The notes below the pieces were generated by a model that searched no databases, was not told the DNA's origin, and was given only the letters and a program-made list of their open reading frames with translations. A program made the translations under genes and the position numbers. Shown here piece by piece: positions 9,110-19,710 of a DNA stretch of 61,053 nucleotides. Every line of letters begins with the position of its first letter. The stretch's first letter is position 1. This DNA is from an uncultured Erysipelothrix sp. (lineage in GTDB: Bacteria > Bacillota_I > Bacilli_A > Erysipelotrichales > Erysipelotrichaceae): NCBI GenBank assembly GCA_964350055.1, contig CAYGIY010000001.1:1-61053 (forward strand), written 5' to 3'.

Positions 9110-10399
9110 CTATCGATTCACGAAGCCACGATATTGTTTTTGCGTTAGACGCCCTTGTAAATCTTTCATGGTTTCCATTGCGACACCAACTACAATGATG
9201 ATTCCGGTTCCACCAATCGAAACAGAAGATGGTAAATTAGATATCATCGGCAATACATAAGGTAGTGCTGCAATAAAAGCCAAGAATATTGCCCCAAGTA
9301 CTGTGATACGGTTTAGTACTTTAAACACATATTCCTTCGTTTCATTTCCAGGACGAATGCCTGGGATGTATGTTCCTGATTTACCCAAATTCTCTGAGAT
9401 CTTGGATGGGTCAATTTGCATGTTGGTATAAAAGAATGTGAAGAATACAATCAAAATAATATACAGTGTTAATCCTAAAGGTTGTTGGAAATTAAGTAAA
9501 TTGGACAACGTTTGGTAAAACTCACCTTGTTCAAAGAAACTTAATAATGTAACCGGTGCTGTCATCACTGCTGAAGCAAAGATAACTGGAATAACACTTG
9601 CAGAGTTGATCTTCAATGGAAGATAAGTAATCTCTGCTTTTGCTTTGCGAACACTACTGGATGTATATTGGATAGGAATTTTTCGTACAGCAGTTTGCAT
9701 AAAGATAACCAAGACGATAATCGCCAAGTACATAAATACAAACAATCCAAAGTTTAAGATTCCTCCAAATAAAGCAGCATTGCTACTTGTATCCACCAGC
9801 GTAGCAAACGCTTGTGAAAATCTAAATGGGATGTTAGAAACAATCCCAGCAAAAATAATCATGGATATCCCATTACCAATACCGTGTGCTGAAATACGAT
9901 CACCTAACCACATCAAGAACATAGTTCCTGCTGTTAGTACGGTTGAAACATACATGTAAGTAGCAAATCCAGCATTGTTTAAGATTCCATACGATATATC
10001 AAATGCATAGGTCATAGTAAAGGATTGTAAAAAAGCTAGAACCAAGGTGAGATAACGCGTGATGCGGTCCATCTTCATTTTTCCTTGTGCTCCGGATTTC
10101 GCCATTTCACTTAGCGCTGGGATTACGTCCATCGCTAATAGTTGGATGATAATGGATGATGTAATGTATGGCCCAATTCCCATCGCGAAAATCGAGAATT
10201 CTTGTAGGGCGCCACCACCCAATAAGTTAATCATCCCAAAAAATGAATCATCTGCAAGTCCTTCCAATAGGGCTTCAGTACTTACCATTGGCGCTGGAAT
10301 CCCAGCACCTAGACGATAAATAAAGAAGATACCTAGTGTAAAAAGGATGCGATTTCTTGTGTCTTTATTGGCAAAAAGATCTCGTAGAAGTTTGATCAT
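9110..10399 (-). CDS. secY: Preprotein translocase subunit SecY
   Basis: A 429-aa polytopic membrane protein in the canonical position after rplO. Confidence 0.96.
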   Translation of the reverse strand: MIKLLRDLFANKDTRNRILFTLGIFFIYRLGAGIPAPMVSTEALLEGLADDSFFGMINLLGGGALQEFSIFAMGIGPYITSSIIIQLLAMDVIPALSEMAKSGAQGKMKMDRITRYLTLVLAFLQSFTMTYAFDISYGILNNAGFATYMYVSTVLTAGTMFLMWLGDRISAHGIGNGISMIIFAGIVSNIPFRFSQAFATLVDTSSNAALFGGILNFGLFVFMYLAIIVLVIFMQTAVRKIPIQYTSSSVRKAKAEITYLPLKINSASVIPVIFASAVMTAPVTLLSFFEQGEFYQTLSNLLNFQQPLGLTLYIILIVFFTFFYTNMQIDPSKISENLGKSGTYIPGIRPGNETKEYVFKVLNRITVLGAIFLAFIAALPYVLPMISNLPSSVSIGGTGIIIVVGVAMETMKDLQGRLTQKQYRGFVNR

Positions 10400-10840
10400 C
10401 TAGATCACCTCTACTTTTCCGCCTGCCTGCTCAATTGCTGTGACAGCTGATTTTGAAAATTTGTGTGCTGATACAGTTAATTGTTTGGTAAGTTCTCCAT
10501 TTCCTAAGATTTTTACACCATCAAGCTCTTGCTTGATTAATCCCGCTGCTTTTAATGAGTCAACGGTTACATGCGTTCCATTTTCGAAACGGTTAAGTGA
10601 TTCAACGTTAATCACGTTAAATTCAACGCGATGGATGTTGGTAAATCCTCGTTTAGGAATACGACGGAATAATGGGGTTTGTCCACCTTCGAACCCGATG
10701 GGCACTCCTCCACCACTACGTGCATTTTGACCTTTATGTCCCTTACCTGCGGTTTTTCCTTGACCAGAAGCTTGTCCACGGCCAAGACGTTTGCGCTCAC
10801 GACGAGCACCTTCGGTATATTTTAGTTCATTTAGTTTCAT
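10400..10840 (-). CDS. rplO: 50S ribosomal protein L15
   Basis: The product is 146 aa with a Gly/Lys-rich N-terminal half typical of L15. Confidence 0.96.
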   Translation of the reverse strand: MKLNELKYTEGARRERKRLGRGQASGQGKTAGKGHKGQNARSGGGVPIGFEGGQTPLFRRIPKRGFTNIHRVEFNVINVESLNRFENGTHVTVDSLKAAGLIKQELDGVKILGNGELTKQLTVSAHKFSKSAVTAIEQAGGKVEVI

Positions 10841-10851
10841 TGCATTACTCC

Positions 10852-11370
10852 TTACCCACGAATTTCATGGGGTTTTTTCTCACGAAGTTTAGCCACCTGT
10901 TCAATCGTTTTTAATTCTTGTAAAGCACTTACGGTTGCACGAACCATGTTAATTGGGGTTCTTGAACCTAAGCTTTTTGAAAGCACATCGGTAATACCAG
11001 AAAGTTCTAATACTGCACGAACTGGTCCACCAGCGATAACACCAGTACCTTCAGATGCTGGACGAAGCAATACTTCACCAGCTCCAGCACGACCAACAAT
11101 CATATGTGGAATTGTGCTGTTATTGACAATAGGCACTCTAAAGACGTTACCCTTAGCATTTTCAATCGCTTTTTTAATAGCATCAGGTACTTCATTGGCT
11201 TTACCCGTACCGAAACCGACACGACCTTTTTTATCACCAACAACCACTAATGCTGAAAAGCGAAACCGACGTCCACCTTTAACAACTTTGGTTACCCGAT
11301 TAATAACAACGACTCGTTCTTCAAATTCTTTTACTTCTCTTCTATCATTTCTTCTTGGTTTGCGTTCCAT
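10852..11370 (-). CDS. rpsE: 30S ribosomal protein S5
   Basis: The product is 172 aa with the motif [22 protein letters not shown]. Only 11 nt separate it from rplO, so no rpmD lies between them. Confidence 0.96.
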   Translation of the reverse strand: MERKPRRNDRREVKEFEERVVVINRVTKVVKGGRRFRFSALVVVGDKKGRVGFGTGKANEVPDAIKKAIENAKGNVFRVPIVNNSTIPHMIVGRAGAGEVLLRPASEGTGVIAGGPVRAVLELSGITDVLSKSLGSRTPINMVRATVSALQELKTIEQVAKLREKKPHEIRG

Positions 11371-11381
11371 CAGGTATCCTC

Positions 11382-11738
11382 CTAAAATTCTAGGCCTGCT
11401 TCACGAGCAGCCTCTGCTAATGCTTTAACACGACCATGATAAATATACCCACCACGATCAAAGACAACAGCTTTTATCTTAGCTTCTTGAGCACGCGCAG
11501 CAATTTCAGCACCTACTGCCTTAGCAGCCTCGATATTTCCACCTTTTTCTAGTTTCATATCAACGCTATTTGCTGATACTAAAGTTGTTCCCTTGGTATC
11601 ATCAATGATTTGGACAGAGATGTTGGCATTGGAACGAAAAACGCATAGACGTGGACGTTCACTTGTCCCAGATACTTTTGTACGTACCCGAGCATGGCGA
11701 CGAACTCGTTCTTTATTACGATCAATTTTCTTTAACAT
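11382..11738 (-). CDS. rplR: 50S ribosomal protein L18
   Basis: The product is 118 aa and its C-terminal half contains [27 protein letters not shown]. Confidence 0.96.
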   Translation of the reverse strand: MLKKIDRNKERVRRHARVRTKVSGTSERPRLCVFRSNANISVQIIDDTKGTTLVSANSVDMKLEKGGNIEAAKAVGAEIAARAQEAKIKAVVFDRGGYIYHGRVKALAEAAREAGLEF

Positions 11739-11759
11739 AAACCTAATATCTCCTTCCTC

Positions 11760-12305
11760 TTACGCCTTAGCAGCCGTCTTACCTTCTTTGCGACGGATTT
11801 TTTCATCTTTATAACGAATTCCTTTACCAAGATAAGGTTCTGGTTTACGTACTGCACGAATGATAGCAGCCCATTCACCGACTCGTTGTTTATCAATTCC
11901 TTCAACTTTGATTTCTGTAGGTTTACCAATAGTAACTTCTACACCATCTTCAAGTTCGAATTCAACTGGATGTGAGTATCCAACATTCAATACTAACTTG
12001 GTTCCAACTAATGCCGCTTTATAACCAATACCGACTAGTTGTAATTCACGTGTGAAGCCTTTTGATACACCTTCAATCATATTGAATAACAACGCACGAG
12101 TTGTCCCATGCAATTGCTTGGTGTGTTTTTTCTCATTGAGACGTTTGACTGTGCAAACTTGGTCTTCAATTGAAAGATCTACTAATTCTGAAAACTTACG
12201 GCTAAGTTGTCCTTTTGGTCCTTTGACCGTAACTTCATTCCCAGGCTTGATGGTTACTTCAACGCCTTCAGGAATGGTAATCGTTTTATTACCGATACGT
12301 GACAT
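11760..12305 (-). CDS. rplF: 50S ribosomal protein L6
   Basis: The product is 181 aa and starts [17 protein letters not shown]. Confidence 0.96.
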   Translation of the reverse strand: MSRIGNKTITIPEGVEVTIKPGNEVTVKGPKGQLSRKFSELVDLSIEDQVCTVKRLNEKKHTKQLHGTTRALLFNMIEGVSKGFTRELQLVGIGYKAALVGTKLVLNVGYSHPVEFELEDGVEVTIGKPTEIKVEGIDKQRVGEWAAIIRAVRKPEPYLGKGIRYKDEKIRRKEGKTAAKA

Positions 12306-12318
12306 AGTTTTTTCTCAC

Positions 12319-12717
12319 CTACCAAATATAGGCAACGACTTCGCCGCCCACATGTTTCTTTCTAGCATCTTTATCTGTCATTACCCCAGAAGAGGTTGAT
12401 AAGATAGCAATTCCTAACCCATTAAGAACACGTGGAATGCGATCAACTTCAGCATACACACGTAATCCAGGCTTGGATATGCGTTTTAAACCACTAATTA
12501 CTTTTTGGTTGTTTGGACCATATTTCAATTCAATCGTTAGTACCTTCTTAAGGTCATCACTTACTGAATAGCCCACAATAAACCCTTCATCTTTAAGAAT
12601 CCGAGCAATTTCTACTTTTTCCTTACTTGCTGGAATTTGTACTGTTTCGTGTTTTGCACCTAATGCATTTCGAACTCTAGTAAGCATATCCGCAATAGGA
12701 TCTGTCATATTCATCAT
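12319..12717 (-). CDS. rpsH: 30S ribosomal protein S8
   Basis: The product is 132 aa with the [14 protein letters not shown] motif. GGAGG lies 8 nt upstream of ATG 12717. Confidence 0.95.
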   Translation of the reverse strand: MMNMTDPIADMLTRVRNALGAKHETVQIPASKEKVEIARILKDEGFIVGYSVSDDLKKVLTIELKYGPNNQKVISGLKRISKPGLRVYAEVDRIPRVLNGLGIAILSTSSGVMTDKDARKKHVGGEVVAYIW

Positions 12718-12735
12718 CAGTGTTTCCTCCTTCCG

Positions 12736-12921
12736 CTACCAACTTGCCTTTTTCACACCCGGGATTTGACCTTTATAAGCCAACTCACGGAAGCAAATAC
12801 GGCATAATTTGTATTTTCGCAACACTGAATGTGGACGTCCACAACGTTCACAACGTGTATATTCACGAACTTTGAATTTTGCAGGACGTTTTGATTTTAC
12901 AATCATCGATGTTTTTGCCAT
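12736..12921 (-). CDS. rpsN: 30S ribosomal protein S14, zinc-binding type Z (61 aa)
   Basis: The track ORF extends to 13002, inside rplE. ATG 12921 gives [61 protein letters not shown], which carries CxxC...CxxC. Confidence 0.94.
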   Translation of the reverse strand: MAKTSMIVKSKRPAKFKVREYTRCERCGRPHSVLRKYKLCRICFRELAYKGQIPGVKKASW

Positions 12922-12922
12922 C

Positions 12923-13477
12923 TTACACTCCTTGTCCTTGTTTCGCAAAAGGCATGCCGATTTGTTGTAACAACGCTCTGCCTTCTTCGTTAGTTGGTGC
13001 ACTTGTTACAATAACAATGTCCATACCACGAACGCGATTTACTTTATCATAATTAATCTCTGGGAAAATAAGCTGTTCTTTAATACCTAATGTGTAGTTT
13101 CCACGACCATCGAATGCTTCAGCACTCACACCACGGAAGTCACGTACACGAGGTAGCGCAACATTCACTAGTTTGTCTAGAAAAGCATACATTTGTTCGC
13201 CACGTAATGTGACTTTACAACCAATTGACATACCTTCACGAAGTTTGAAGTTCGCAATTGATTTTTTAGCTTTTGTGATCACAGGTTTTTGACCCGTGAT
13301 TTGTGTTAGCTCTTCCACAGCATCCTCAAGTGCTTTTGGGTTAGCAATCGCATCACCCACACCCATGTTGACAACAATCTTTTCAACTTTAGGTGCTTGC
13401 ATGACGGAGGAATAGTTGAATTGTTTGACCAATTCACTAACAACATCAGTTTTGTATTTTTCTAATAAACGATTCAT
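12923..13477 (-). CDS. rplE: 50S ribosomal protein L5
   Basis: The product is 184 aa with a typical L5 sequence, in the spc order rplX-rplE-rpsN. Confidence 0.96.
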   Translation of the reverse strand: MNRLLEKYKTDVVSELVKQFNYSSVMQAPKVEKIVVNMGVGDAIANPKALEDAVEELTQITGQKPVITKAKKSIANFKLREGMSIGCKVTLRGEQMYAFLDKLVNVALPRVRDFRGVSAEAFDGRGNYTLGIKEQLIFPEINYDKVNRVRGMDIVIVTSAPTNEEGRALLQQIGMPFAKQGQGV

Positions 13478-13486
13478 GTTTCCTCC

Positions 13487-13795
13487 TTACTTGAGTGTTG
13501 CCCCGGTTTTAACCAAGACACGCACTTTTTTTCCTTTTTCTTCTTTAACACCAACACGACTTGCTTTTTTTGCTTTTGCATCATACAACATCACATTTGA
13601 AGCATCGATTGGCATTTCTTTTTCAGTAATACCACCATCTGGATTCGCTTGTGTTGGTTTGAGGTGTTTTTTAACAACATTGACACCATCTACAATCACT
13701 TTGTTTTCTTTTGGGAAAACAGCTTTGACATCAGCAACTACACCTTTATTAGATCCTGTAATTACTTTGACTTTATCGCCTTTTTGAATTCTCAT
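13487..13795 (-). CDS. rplX: 50S ribosomal protein L24
   Basis: The track start 13804 is a GTG. ATG 13795 (MRIQKGDKVKVITG) has GGGAGG 8 nt upstream. A KOW motif is present. Confidence 0.94.
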   Translation of the reverse strand: MRIQKGDKVKVITGSNKGVVADVKAVFPKENKVIVDGVNVVKKHLKPTQANPDGGITEKEMPIDASNVMLYDAKAKKASRVGVKEEKGKKVRVLVKTGATLK

Positions 13796-13808
13796 CACAA
13801 GCACCTCC

Positions 13809-14177
13809 CTACAGTACTTCCGGAGCTAAAGATACAATTTTCATGAAATCTTTTTCCCGGAGTTCTCTAGCCACAGGACCGAAAATACGGGTTCCTCTTG
13901 GCGTTTTATCATCTTTGATAATGACAACAGCGTTGTCATCGAAGCGAATGGTTGAACCATTTTCACGGGTTAAGCCGTATCTAGTACGAACCACAACTGC
14001 TTTAACTACTTCACCTTTTTTCACTGTTCCACCAGGTGTTGCTACCTTTACGGTACACACCACGATATCCCCGATGCTCGAGGTTCTACGACGAGAACCA
14101 CCTAAGCTACGAATCACGAGCACTTCTTTAGCACCGGTGTTATCAGCTACTTTACATCTACTCTCATTTTGAATCAT
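13809..14177 (-). CDS. rplN: 50S ribosomal protein L14
   Basis: The product is 122 aa and starts [18 protein letters not shown]. Confidence 0.97.
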   Translation of the reverse strand: MIQNESRCKVADNTGAKEVLVIRSLGGSRRRTSSIGDIVVCTVKVATPGGTVKKGEVVKAVVVRTRYGLTRENGSTIRFDDNAVVIIKDDKTPRGTRIFGPVARELREKDFMKIVSLAPEVL

Positions 14178-14189
14178 GATAACCCTCCT

Positions 14190-14450
14190 CTAAAGAATGA
14201 CAGCTTTCTCAACGACTTTAACTAAACGGAAGCGTTTGGTTGCGGACAATGGACGTGTTTCCATGATTTCTACAACATCATTAATCTTTGCCTCATTAGT
14301 TTCATCGTGAGCTTTAAATTTCTTTGAATATTTTACGCGTTTACCATATAAAGGGTGACGTTTTGAAGTTGTAATCTCAACTACAATGGTTTTTTCCATT
14401 GCATCAGAAACAACTTTGCCACGATAAACCTTACGTTTTGATCGTTCCAT
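14190..14450 (-). CDS. rpsQ: 30S ribosomal protein S17
   Basis: The product is 86 aa with a typical S17 OB-fold sequence. Confidence 0.96.
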   Translation of the reverse strand: MERSKRKVYRGKVVSDAMEKTIVVEITTSKRHPLYGKRVKYSKKFKAHDETNEAKINDVVEIMETRPLSATKRFRLVKVVEKAVIL

Positions 14451-14662
14451 TATCCATGTACCTCCTGTTGCTCATTTAGCGAACGTTCAGTAATAACCGT
14501 TTTAATCTTTGCAATTGTTTTACGCACGGTTTTAATGCGGGCAGTATTGGTTAATTGACCGGTTGCTAACTGAAAGCGAAGTGTAAACAATTCTTCTTTC
14601 AATGTGTCAATTTCTTTTAGTAATTCTGCATTGCTCTTTTCACGAAGCTCATTGATCAACAT
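14450..14662 (-). CDS. rpmC: 50S ribosomal protein L29
   Basis: The product is 70 aa with the motif [14 protein letters not shown]. There is a 1-nt TAATG junction with rpsQ. Confidence 0.95.
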   Translation of the reverse strand: MLINELREKSNAELLKEIDTLKEELFTLRFQLATGQLTNTARIKTVRKTIAKIKTVITERSLNEQQEVHG

Positions 14663-14664
14663 TG

Positions 14665-15081
14665 CTATTCCTCCTCGCCTTTACGAACAAATTTTGTTTT
14701 CACTGATAGCTTATTAGCAGCCAAGCGAAATGCTTCTTTTGCTACTTCTTCACTAACACCAGCGATTTCAAACATCACTCGACCAGGCTGTACAACAGCT
14801 ACCCATCCTTCAGGTGCTCCTTTACCGGAACCCATCCGAACTTCTAGCGGTTTTTTCGTGATTGCTAAATGTGGGAATATTTTTATCCACACTGTTCCAC
14901 CACGACGCATATAACGAGTCATGGCGATACGTGCTGCTTCAATTTGGCGGTTACTTACGTATGCGCCACTTTCAGCAACAAGTCCATATTCACCAAATGC
15001 CACAGTACGTCCTGCTTTTGAACGACCTTCATATGAAAGACGATGCGGACGACGGTATTTGGTACGATTAGGCATTAACAT
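14665..15081 (-). CDS. rplP: 50S ribosomal protein L16
   Basis: The product is 138 aa and starts [14 protein letters not shown]. Confidence 0.97.
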   Translation of the reverse strand: MLMPNRTKYRRPHRLSYEGRSKAGRTVAFGEYGLVAESGAYVSNRQIEAARIAMTRYMRRGGTVWIKIFPHLAITKKPLEVRMGSGKGAPEGWVAVVQPGRVMFEIAGVSEEVAKEAFRLAANKLSVKTKFVRKGEEE

Positions 15082-15878
15082 TATTCTTTACCCCCTTGAT
15101 CGTTAGTTGTGCTAACAGGTGCAGGTGTAGGTGCAGATTTAGTTGCCTCTTTCTTTGTCTCGCGACGTTCTGGTCTTGGACGACTAGGACGTGGACGACG
15201 CTCACGTGGTGCTTGTTTTGGTGCTTCAGGTTCTGTAACCATTTGACCAGGTAATAACTCACCACGACAAATCCAAACTTTAACTCCTAAAATCCCATAG
15301 GTTGTCATTGCTTCTGCAATAGCAAAGTCAATGTCAGAACGTAAGGTATGCAAAGGCACAACACCTTCAGAATACCCTTCACTACGTGCGATATCATTAC
15401 CACCTAAGCGGCCAGAAACCATGGTTTTAACACCTTTTGCTCCTGCACGCATGATACGTTGGATTGCTCTTTTTTGAGCGGTTCTAAAGGAAGCACGTTG
15501 CTCTAATTGCTCAGCAATCCCTTTAGCTACTAGGTAAGCATCCAAATCAGGGTTTGCAATTTCTACAACCCGAACATGCACTTGTTTACCTTCTGCTATT
15601 TTTTCTAATTCTTTTTTGATGCGTTCAACATTTTCACCATTGGTTCCAATAACGACTCCAGGACGAGCGGTACGAATGATGAGTTCAACACGATTTTTAG
15701 ATCGTTCAATTTCAACACGTGATACAGATGCATTTTTAAGTGACTTAAATATATGATCACGTAGTTTAATATCTTCTACTAATAATGTGCCAAAGTCTCT
15801 GTTTGCAGCATACCATCTTGATTCCCAATCACGGATAATTCCAACCCGTAATCCAACTGGACTAACTTTTTGACCCAT
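15081..15878 (-). CDS. rpsC: 30S ribosomal protein S3 with a C-terminal Pro/Arg/Glu-rich extension
   Basis: The product is 265 aa. The KH and S3-C domains are recognisable ([14 protein letters not shown]...). The last ~50 aa ([29 protein letters not shown]...) go beyond the ~218-aa Bacillus-type protein. Confidence 0.95.
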   Translation of the reverse strand: MGQKVSPVGLRVGIIRDWESRWYAANRDFGTLLVEDIKLRDHIFKSLKNASVSRVEIERSKNRVELIIRTARPGVVIGTNGENVERIKKELEKIAEGKQVHVRVVEIANPDLDAYLVAKGIAEQLEQRASFRTAQKRAIQRIMRAGAKGVKTMVSGRLGGNDIARSEGYSEGVVPLHTLRSDIDFAIAEAMTTYGILGVKVWICRGELLPGQMVTEPEAPKQAPRERRPRPSRPRPERRETKKEATKSAPTPAPVSTTNDQGGKE

Positions 15879-15889
15879 AATTGTTCCTC

Positions 15890-16225
15890 CTATTCTCTTT
15901 CTGCCACAATAACAGTAATGTGGCTAGTACGTTTGTGAATGGCTGATGCAGAACCTTTTGCTCTAGGCATAAACCGTTTCAATGTGATGCTTTCATCGGC
16001 ATAACATTTTTTAATGTATAACCGCTCTTCATTTAGAGAGTGATTATGCACAGCATTTGCAACTGCTGATTTTAACACTTTCGCTGTTGCTTTGGCAGCA
16101 AAGTTTGGTGTGAATTTCAATATTGCTTGTGCTTCTTTAATATCTTTTCCTCGAATTAAATCTAAGGCTAACCGTGCTTTACGAGGGGTGACACGGATTG
16201 TTTTTGCTGTTGCTTTTACGTCCAT
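15890..16225 (-). CDS. rplV: 50S ribosomal protein L22
   Basis: The product is 111 aa with a typical L22 sequence. Confidence 0.96.
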   Translation of the reverse strand: MDVKATAKTIRVTPRKARLALDLIRGKDIKEAQAILKFTPNFAAKATAKVLKSAVANAVHNHSLNEERLYIKKCYADESITLKRFMPRAKGSASAIHKRTSHITVIVAERE

Positions 16226-16233
16226 GTTTCCTC

Positions 16234-16509
16234 CTATCTTCCGGCTTTCTTATCGTCGCCATGACCACCATATTTACGTGTTGGAACAAATTCCCCCAAT
16301 TTATGGCCTACCATATCTTCAGTTACAAACACCGGAACATGTTCTTTTCCGTTGTATACCGCGAATGTATGCTCGACAAACTGTGGAAAGATAGTCGAAC
16401 GACGAGACCAAGTTTTGATTACTTCTTTTTTACTAATTGCATTCAGTGCGTCTACTTTTTTAAGTAGATGTTCATCACAGAATGGCCCTTTTTTCAAACT
16501 ACGACTCAT
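16234..16509 (-). CDS. rpsS: 30S ribosomal protein S19
   Basis: The product is 91 aa and starts [19 protein letters not shown]. Confidence 0.97.
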   Translation of the reverse strand: MSRSLKKGPFCDEHLLKKVDALNAISKKEVIKTWSRRSTIFPQFVEHTFAVYNGKEHVPVFVTEDMVGHKLGEFVPTRKYGGHGDDKKAGR

Positions 16510-16527
16510 GATGCTTTTTCCTTTCGT

Positions 16528-17361
16528 TTATTTCGCTTTACGTCCGCGGACGATGTATTTATTAGATGCTTTAGTCTTCTTACGAGTTTTTAGACCCATG
16601 GTCTTTTTACCCCAAGGTGTCATTGGAGACACACGACCAATCGGTGTGCGACCTTCACCACCACCATGTGGGTGATCCACTGGGTTCATCGCTGATCCAC
16701 GAACAGTTGGGCGAATACCCATCCAACGTGAACGACCCGCTTTACCAATGTTTACTAAACTATAGTCTTCATTGCCGACAACCCCAACGGTCGCACGACA
16801 TTTTGCTAATACTTTACGAACTTCACCTGAAGCTAAACGTAAGATTACATATTTTTCTTCATTACCTAGAATTTGAGCAGATACACCAGCAGAACGAGCC
16901 AATTGGCCGCCTTTGCCAGGTTTCAATTCGACGTTATGAACAAAAGTACCTTCAGGCATTTGCCCTAATTCTTTTGCATGCCCAACTTTGATATCAGCAG
17001 ATGGACCACTTAAGATTTCCATTCCAACTTTCAATCCTTTTGGTGCTAAGATATATTTCTTTTCGCCATCTAAATAATGTAATAGTGCAATATTTGCAGA
17101 ACGATTTGGATCGTACTCAATAGTTGCTACTTTAGCTGGTACGTCATCTTTATTACGTTTAAAGTCAATGACACGATACAATCTTTTATGACCGCCACCT
17201 TGATGTCTTGTGGTGATGCGACCATTGTTATTACGACCACCTTTTTTATTAAGAGGTTCCAACAATGAACGTTCAGGTTTATTGGTTGTTAGCTCTTCGT
17301 TTTTTAAAGCGGTCATCCCACGACGACCTGGTGTCGTCGGTTTATAGGCTTTAATCGCCAT
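16528..17361 (-). CDS. rplB: 50S ribosomal protein L2
   Basis: The product is 277 aa with the motif [16 protein letters not shown]. Confidence 0.97.
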   Translation of the reverse strand: MAIKAYKPTTPGRRGMTALKNEELTTNKPERSLLEPLNKKGGRNNNGRITTRHQGGGHKRLYRVIDFKRNKDDVPAKVATIEYDPNRSANIALLHYLDGEKKYILAPKGLKVGMEILSGPSADIKVGHAKELGQMPEGTFVHNVELKPGKGGQLARSAGVSAQILGNEEKYVILRLASGEVRKVLAKCRATVGVVGNEDYSLVNIGKAGRSRWMGIRPTVRGSAMNPVDHPHGGGEGRTPIGRVSPMTPWGKKTMGLKTRKKTKASNKYIVRGRKAK

Positions 17362-17424
17362 ATAACGTTTCCTCCTTACGCAGTTTATCCGGAAATAGCG
17401 TGATTCTTCCGATAGAGTTTGGCA

Positions 17425-17706
17425 TTAATATAGATTAATGCTTTGACCTTGAGCAACCTTTACGATTGCTTTACGCACCGCATTGGTTGTTCCTGAGTGT
17501 TTGCCAACTCGTTTGTTCTTTGGACGAACATTCACAATGTTCACTTTTTCCACTTTCACATCAAAGATGGCTTCAATCGCTTGTCTTACTTGTGTTTTAT
17601 TCGCACCTTTTGCGACTTCAAAGGTGTATTTGTTGTCTAAATCCGTATTTTTTACTGATTTCTCAGTAATAATTGGTCTTAGAATGATATCTCTTGGATT
17701 ACTCAT
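17425..17706 (-). CDS. rplW: 50S ribosomal protein L23
   Basis: The product is 93 aa, with [10 protein letters not shown] near its N-terminus. Confidence 0.96.
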   Translation of the reverse strand: MSNPRDIILRPIITEKSVKNTDLDNKYTFEVAKGANKTQVRQAIEAIFDVKVEKVNIVNVRPKNKRVGKHSGTTNAVRKAIVKVAQGQSINLY

Positions 17707-18359
17707 GCAGCTAACCCCTCGCTATCTTTAGTTTTCCAATACTGACCTGCTTCGGTTGCAGCCGCTTGTGTAAACACAATATGATCTGAATTCAGGATGT
17801 CATAGACATTCAATCCTTCAACTGAAAGCATCATCGTATTTGGTAGATTTCTTAATGAAAGAAATGCATTTTCGAATTCTTCATGACCGCTAACAACAAA
17901 CAAAGTTTTATTTTCTAACTTAAGTTGTTGCATTAGGTTGGCAAATTCTTTTGTTTTTGGTTGTTGTAAACCTAAGTTTTCAACAATCATCATTTCGGTA
18001 TCCAACACTTTTTGTGAAAGTGCAGATTGAAGTGCTAAACGACGAACTTTACGGTTTAGCTTACCAGCGTAACTACGAGGCGTTGGACCAAATACAACTC
18101 CACCACCACGCCATTGTGGTGAACGGATTGACCCTTGACGGGCACGTCCAGTTCCTTTTTGACGCCATGGCTTACGACCACCACCACGAACTTCTGTGCG
18201 GTTTTTTGTATCGTGAGTACCTTGACGAATTGAAGCTCTTTGAAGCATGACTGCATCAAACAACGCTTGTTTGTTTGGTGTGATACCAAACACAGCAGCT
18301 TCAAGTTCCATTTCATTTAATGGTTTTCCTGTTAAATCATAAACTTGTACTTTTACCAT
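17703..18359 (-). CDS. rplD: 50S ribosomal protein L4
   Basis: The product is 218 aa with the motif [29 protein letters not shown]. There is an ATGA overlap with rplW. Confidence 0.96.
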   Translation of the reverse strand: MVKVQVYDLTGKPLNEMELEAAVFGITPNKQALFDAVMLQRASIRQGTHDTKNRTEVRGGGRKPWRQKGTGRARQGSIRSPQWRGGGVVFGPTPRSYAGKLNRKVRRLALQSALSQKVLDTEMMIVENLGLQQPKTKEFANLMQQLKLENKTLFVVSGHEEFENAFLSLRNLPNTMMLSVEGLNVYDILNSDHIVFTQAAATEAGQYWKTKDSEGLAA

Positions 18360-18363
18360 TGAA

Positions 18364-19047
18364 TTAGTCCTCCTTCGCTGCTGTTAAATCGACAAGTGTT
18401 AGTGCCGGTTTTGATTTGATTCTTTTTGTTGTTGTTTTTACGACAACAAACCCACGTCTTGGACCTGGTACATTACCTTTAACAAGCATGTAATTTTTCT
18501 CAGCATCCACTTTAACAACTTCTAAATTACGATTAGTCGTGGTGAAACCACCATGTTGACCAGCCATAATACGACCTTTGTTAATGATTCCATTGTTACG
18601 GCCAATGGTAGCCAATGAACCGATTCCTCTATGATGTCCTGAACCGTGAGAAGCTGGACCTAAGCGTTGGTTGTTACGTACAATAGCGCCTGTGTATCCT
18701 TTTCCTTTAGAGGTTCCTGTCACATCAATCATGTCTCCAGCAGCAAACACGTCTGCTTTAACTTCTTGACCCACTTCAAAATCAAACATATCTTCACCAC
18801 GAATTTCTGAAACAAATTTCTTAGGTGCTGAGTTTGCTTTTTTGGCGTGTCCGATTTCAGGTTTGGTTGCACGTTGTTGTTTTTTATCTTCAAAACCTAA
18901 TTGCAACGCATTGTATCCATCTGTTTGTACTGTTTTCTTTTGAAGTACTGCATTTGGTAATACTTCGATAACAGTAACTGGTACTAATACACCTTCTTCG
19001 GTAAATACTTGGGTCATTCCGACTTTACGTCCTAATATACCTTTCAT
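18364..19047 (-). CDS. rplC: 50S ribosomal protein L3
   Basis: The track start 19059 is a TTG. ATG 19047 (MKGILGRKVGMTQVF) has GGAGG 6 nt upstream. Confidence 0.95.
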   Translation of the reverse strand: MKGILGRKVGMTQVFTEEGVLVPVTVIEVLPNAVLQKKTVQTDGYNALQLGFEDKKQQRATKPEIGHAKKANSAPKKFVSEIRGEDMFDFEVGQEVKADVFAAGDMIDVTGTSKGKGYTGAIVRNNQRLGPASHGSGHHRGIGSLATIGRNNGIINKGRIMAGQHGGFTTTNRNLEVVKVDAEKNYMLVKGNVPGPRRGFVVVKTTTKRIKSKPALTLVDLTAAKED

Positions 19048-19059
19048 CTTAACCTCCAA

Positions 19060-19371
19060 TTACAGCTTAATTTCAATGTCAACCCCAGTTGGTAATTCCA
19101 ACCGGCTCAACGCATCAATCGTTTCAGGTGATGGGCCAACAATTTCAATTAAACGCTTGTGTGTACGAATTTCAAACTGTTCACGAGAATCTTTATACTT
19201 ATGCACCGCACGTAAAACCGTGATAATTTCTTTTTCTGTTGGTAGCGGTACTGGACCAACAACTTTTTTTACACCATGATCATTTGCAGCGTTAACAATT
19301 TTTTCTGCCGCTTGATCTAAAGCACGGTGTTCAAACGCCTTAAGGCGAATGCGAATGCTATTTTTTGCCAT
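19060..19371 (-). CDS. rpsJ: 30S ribosomal protein S10
   Basis: The track ORF extends to 19452, into the leader. ATG 19371 ([15 protein letters not shown]...) has AGGAGGA upstream and gives the canonical 103 aa. Confidence 0.95.
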   Translation of the reverse strand: MAKNSIRIRLKAFEHRALDQAAEKIVNAANDHGVKKVVGPVPLPTEKEIITVLRAVHKYKDSREQFEIRTHKRLIEIVGPSPETIDALSRLELPTGVDIEIKL

Positions 19372-19501
19372 GGAAGTCCTCCTATTTTCTTGTCTATATC
19401 CATGATAGACCCGCTCAATGCAAATTCCCCGGCTTCTCACTAACCATGACAACGTCTCTCAGTGTGCCGGCAACCTCGCATGTCTTCGCGGTCGCTTAAA
19501 T
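19372..19501 (-). promoter_or_regulatory. Structured, locally GC-rich 5' leader of the S10 operon
   Basis: About 125 nt lie between the predicted -10 and the rpsJ ATG. On the minus strand, CCGGC...GCCGG encloses roughly 32 nt, and there are further short hairpins (CGC-GAAGACAT-GCG, GAC-GTT-GTC). The leader is far more GC-rich than other intergenic DNA here. Confidence 0.4.
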
Positions 19502-19530
19502 ATATTATCAGAAACAAGCACAAAATGCAA
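19502..19530 (-). promoter_or_regulatory. Promoter of the S10 ribosomal protein operon
   Basis: On the minus strand it reads TTGCAT (19530-19525), a 17-nt spacer, then TAATAT (19507-19502). Confidence 0.55.
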
Positions 19531-19675
19531 ACCTTTTTACTTCCTTTTTTCAAAGTAGACAAACAAGCAAATAGTCTCTTGTTTGTTGATGTTTTTAACA
19601 TCGTCTATCAAACATATAAATGCAAAGTATTCACTTGTTCTTGATCAACTTGTATCAACACAATTCTCATCGGAT

Positions 19676-19704
19676 TTGCATCTTTATGCTTAAAAAGCTA
19701 TGAT
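19676..19704 (+). promoter_or_regulatory. Promoter placed to give a leaderless mRNA for the plus-strand methyltransferase
   Basis: It reads TTGCAT (19676-19681), a 17-nt spacer, then TATGAT (19699-19704). The ATG at 19711 is the 7th nt after the -10, and there is no SD upstream. Confidence 0.5.
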
Positions 19705-19710
19705 GTTAGC

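Noticed and set aside
17362-17424. Unusually long (63-nt) rplW-rplB spacer with a small CGGAA/TTCCG hairpin
   Set aside because: The stem is only 5 bp, with no U-tract and no promoter-like hexamers. There is insufficient evidence for a regulatory element.
19372-19452. N-terminal extensions offered by the ORF track for rpsJ. The same applies to rpsL (24838-24861), rpoB (32919-32993), rplJ (34731-34793), gap (46023-46094), cysS (41781-41822), rpsN (12922-13002), infA, secE, map, rplC, rplX, XRE and others.
   Set aside because: The extensions start at non-ATG or SD-less codons. They run through predicted promoters or leaders, or through the preceding gene. They also add residues absent from the well-known N-termini of these families. 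Internal ATG/GTG codons with GGAGG-type SDs give canonical lengths.
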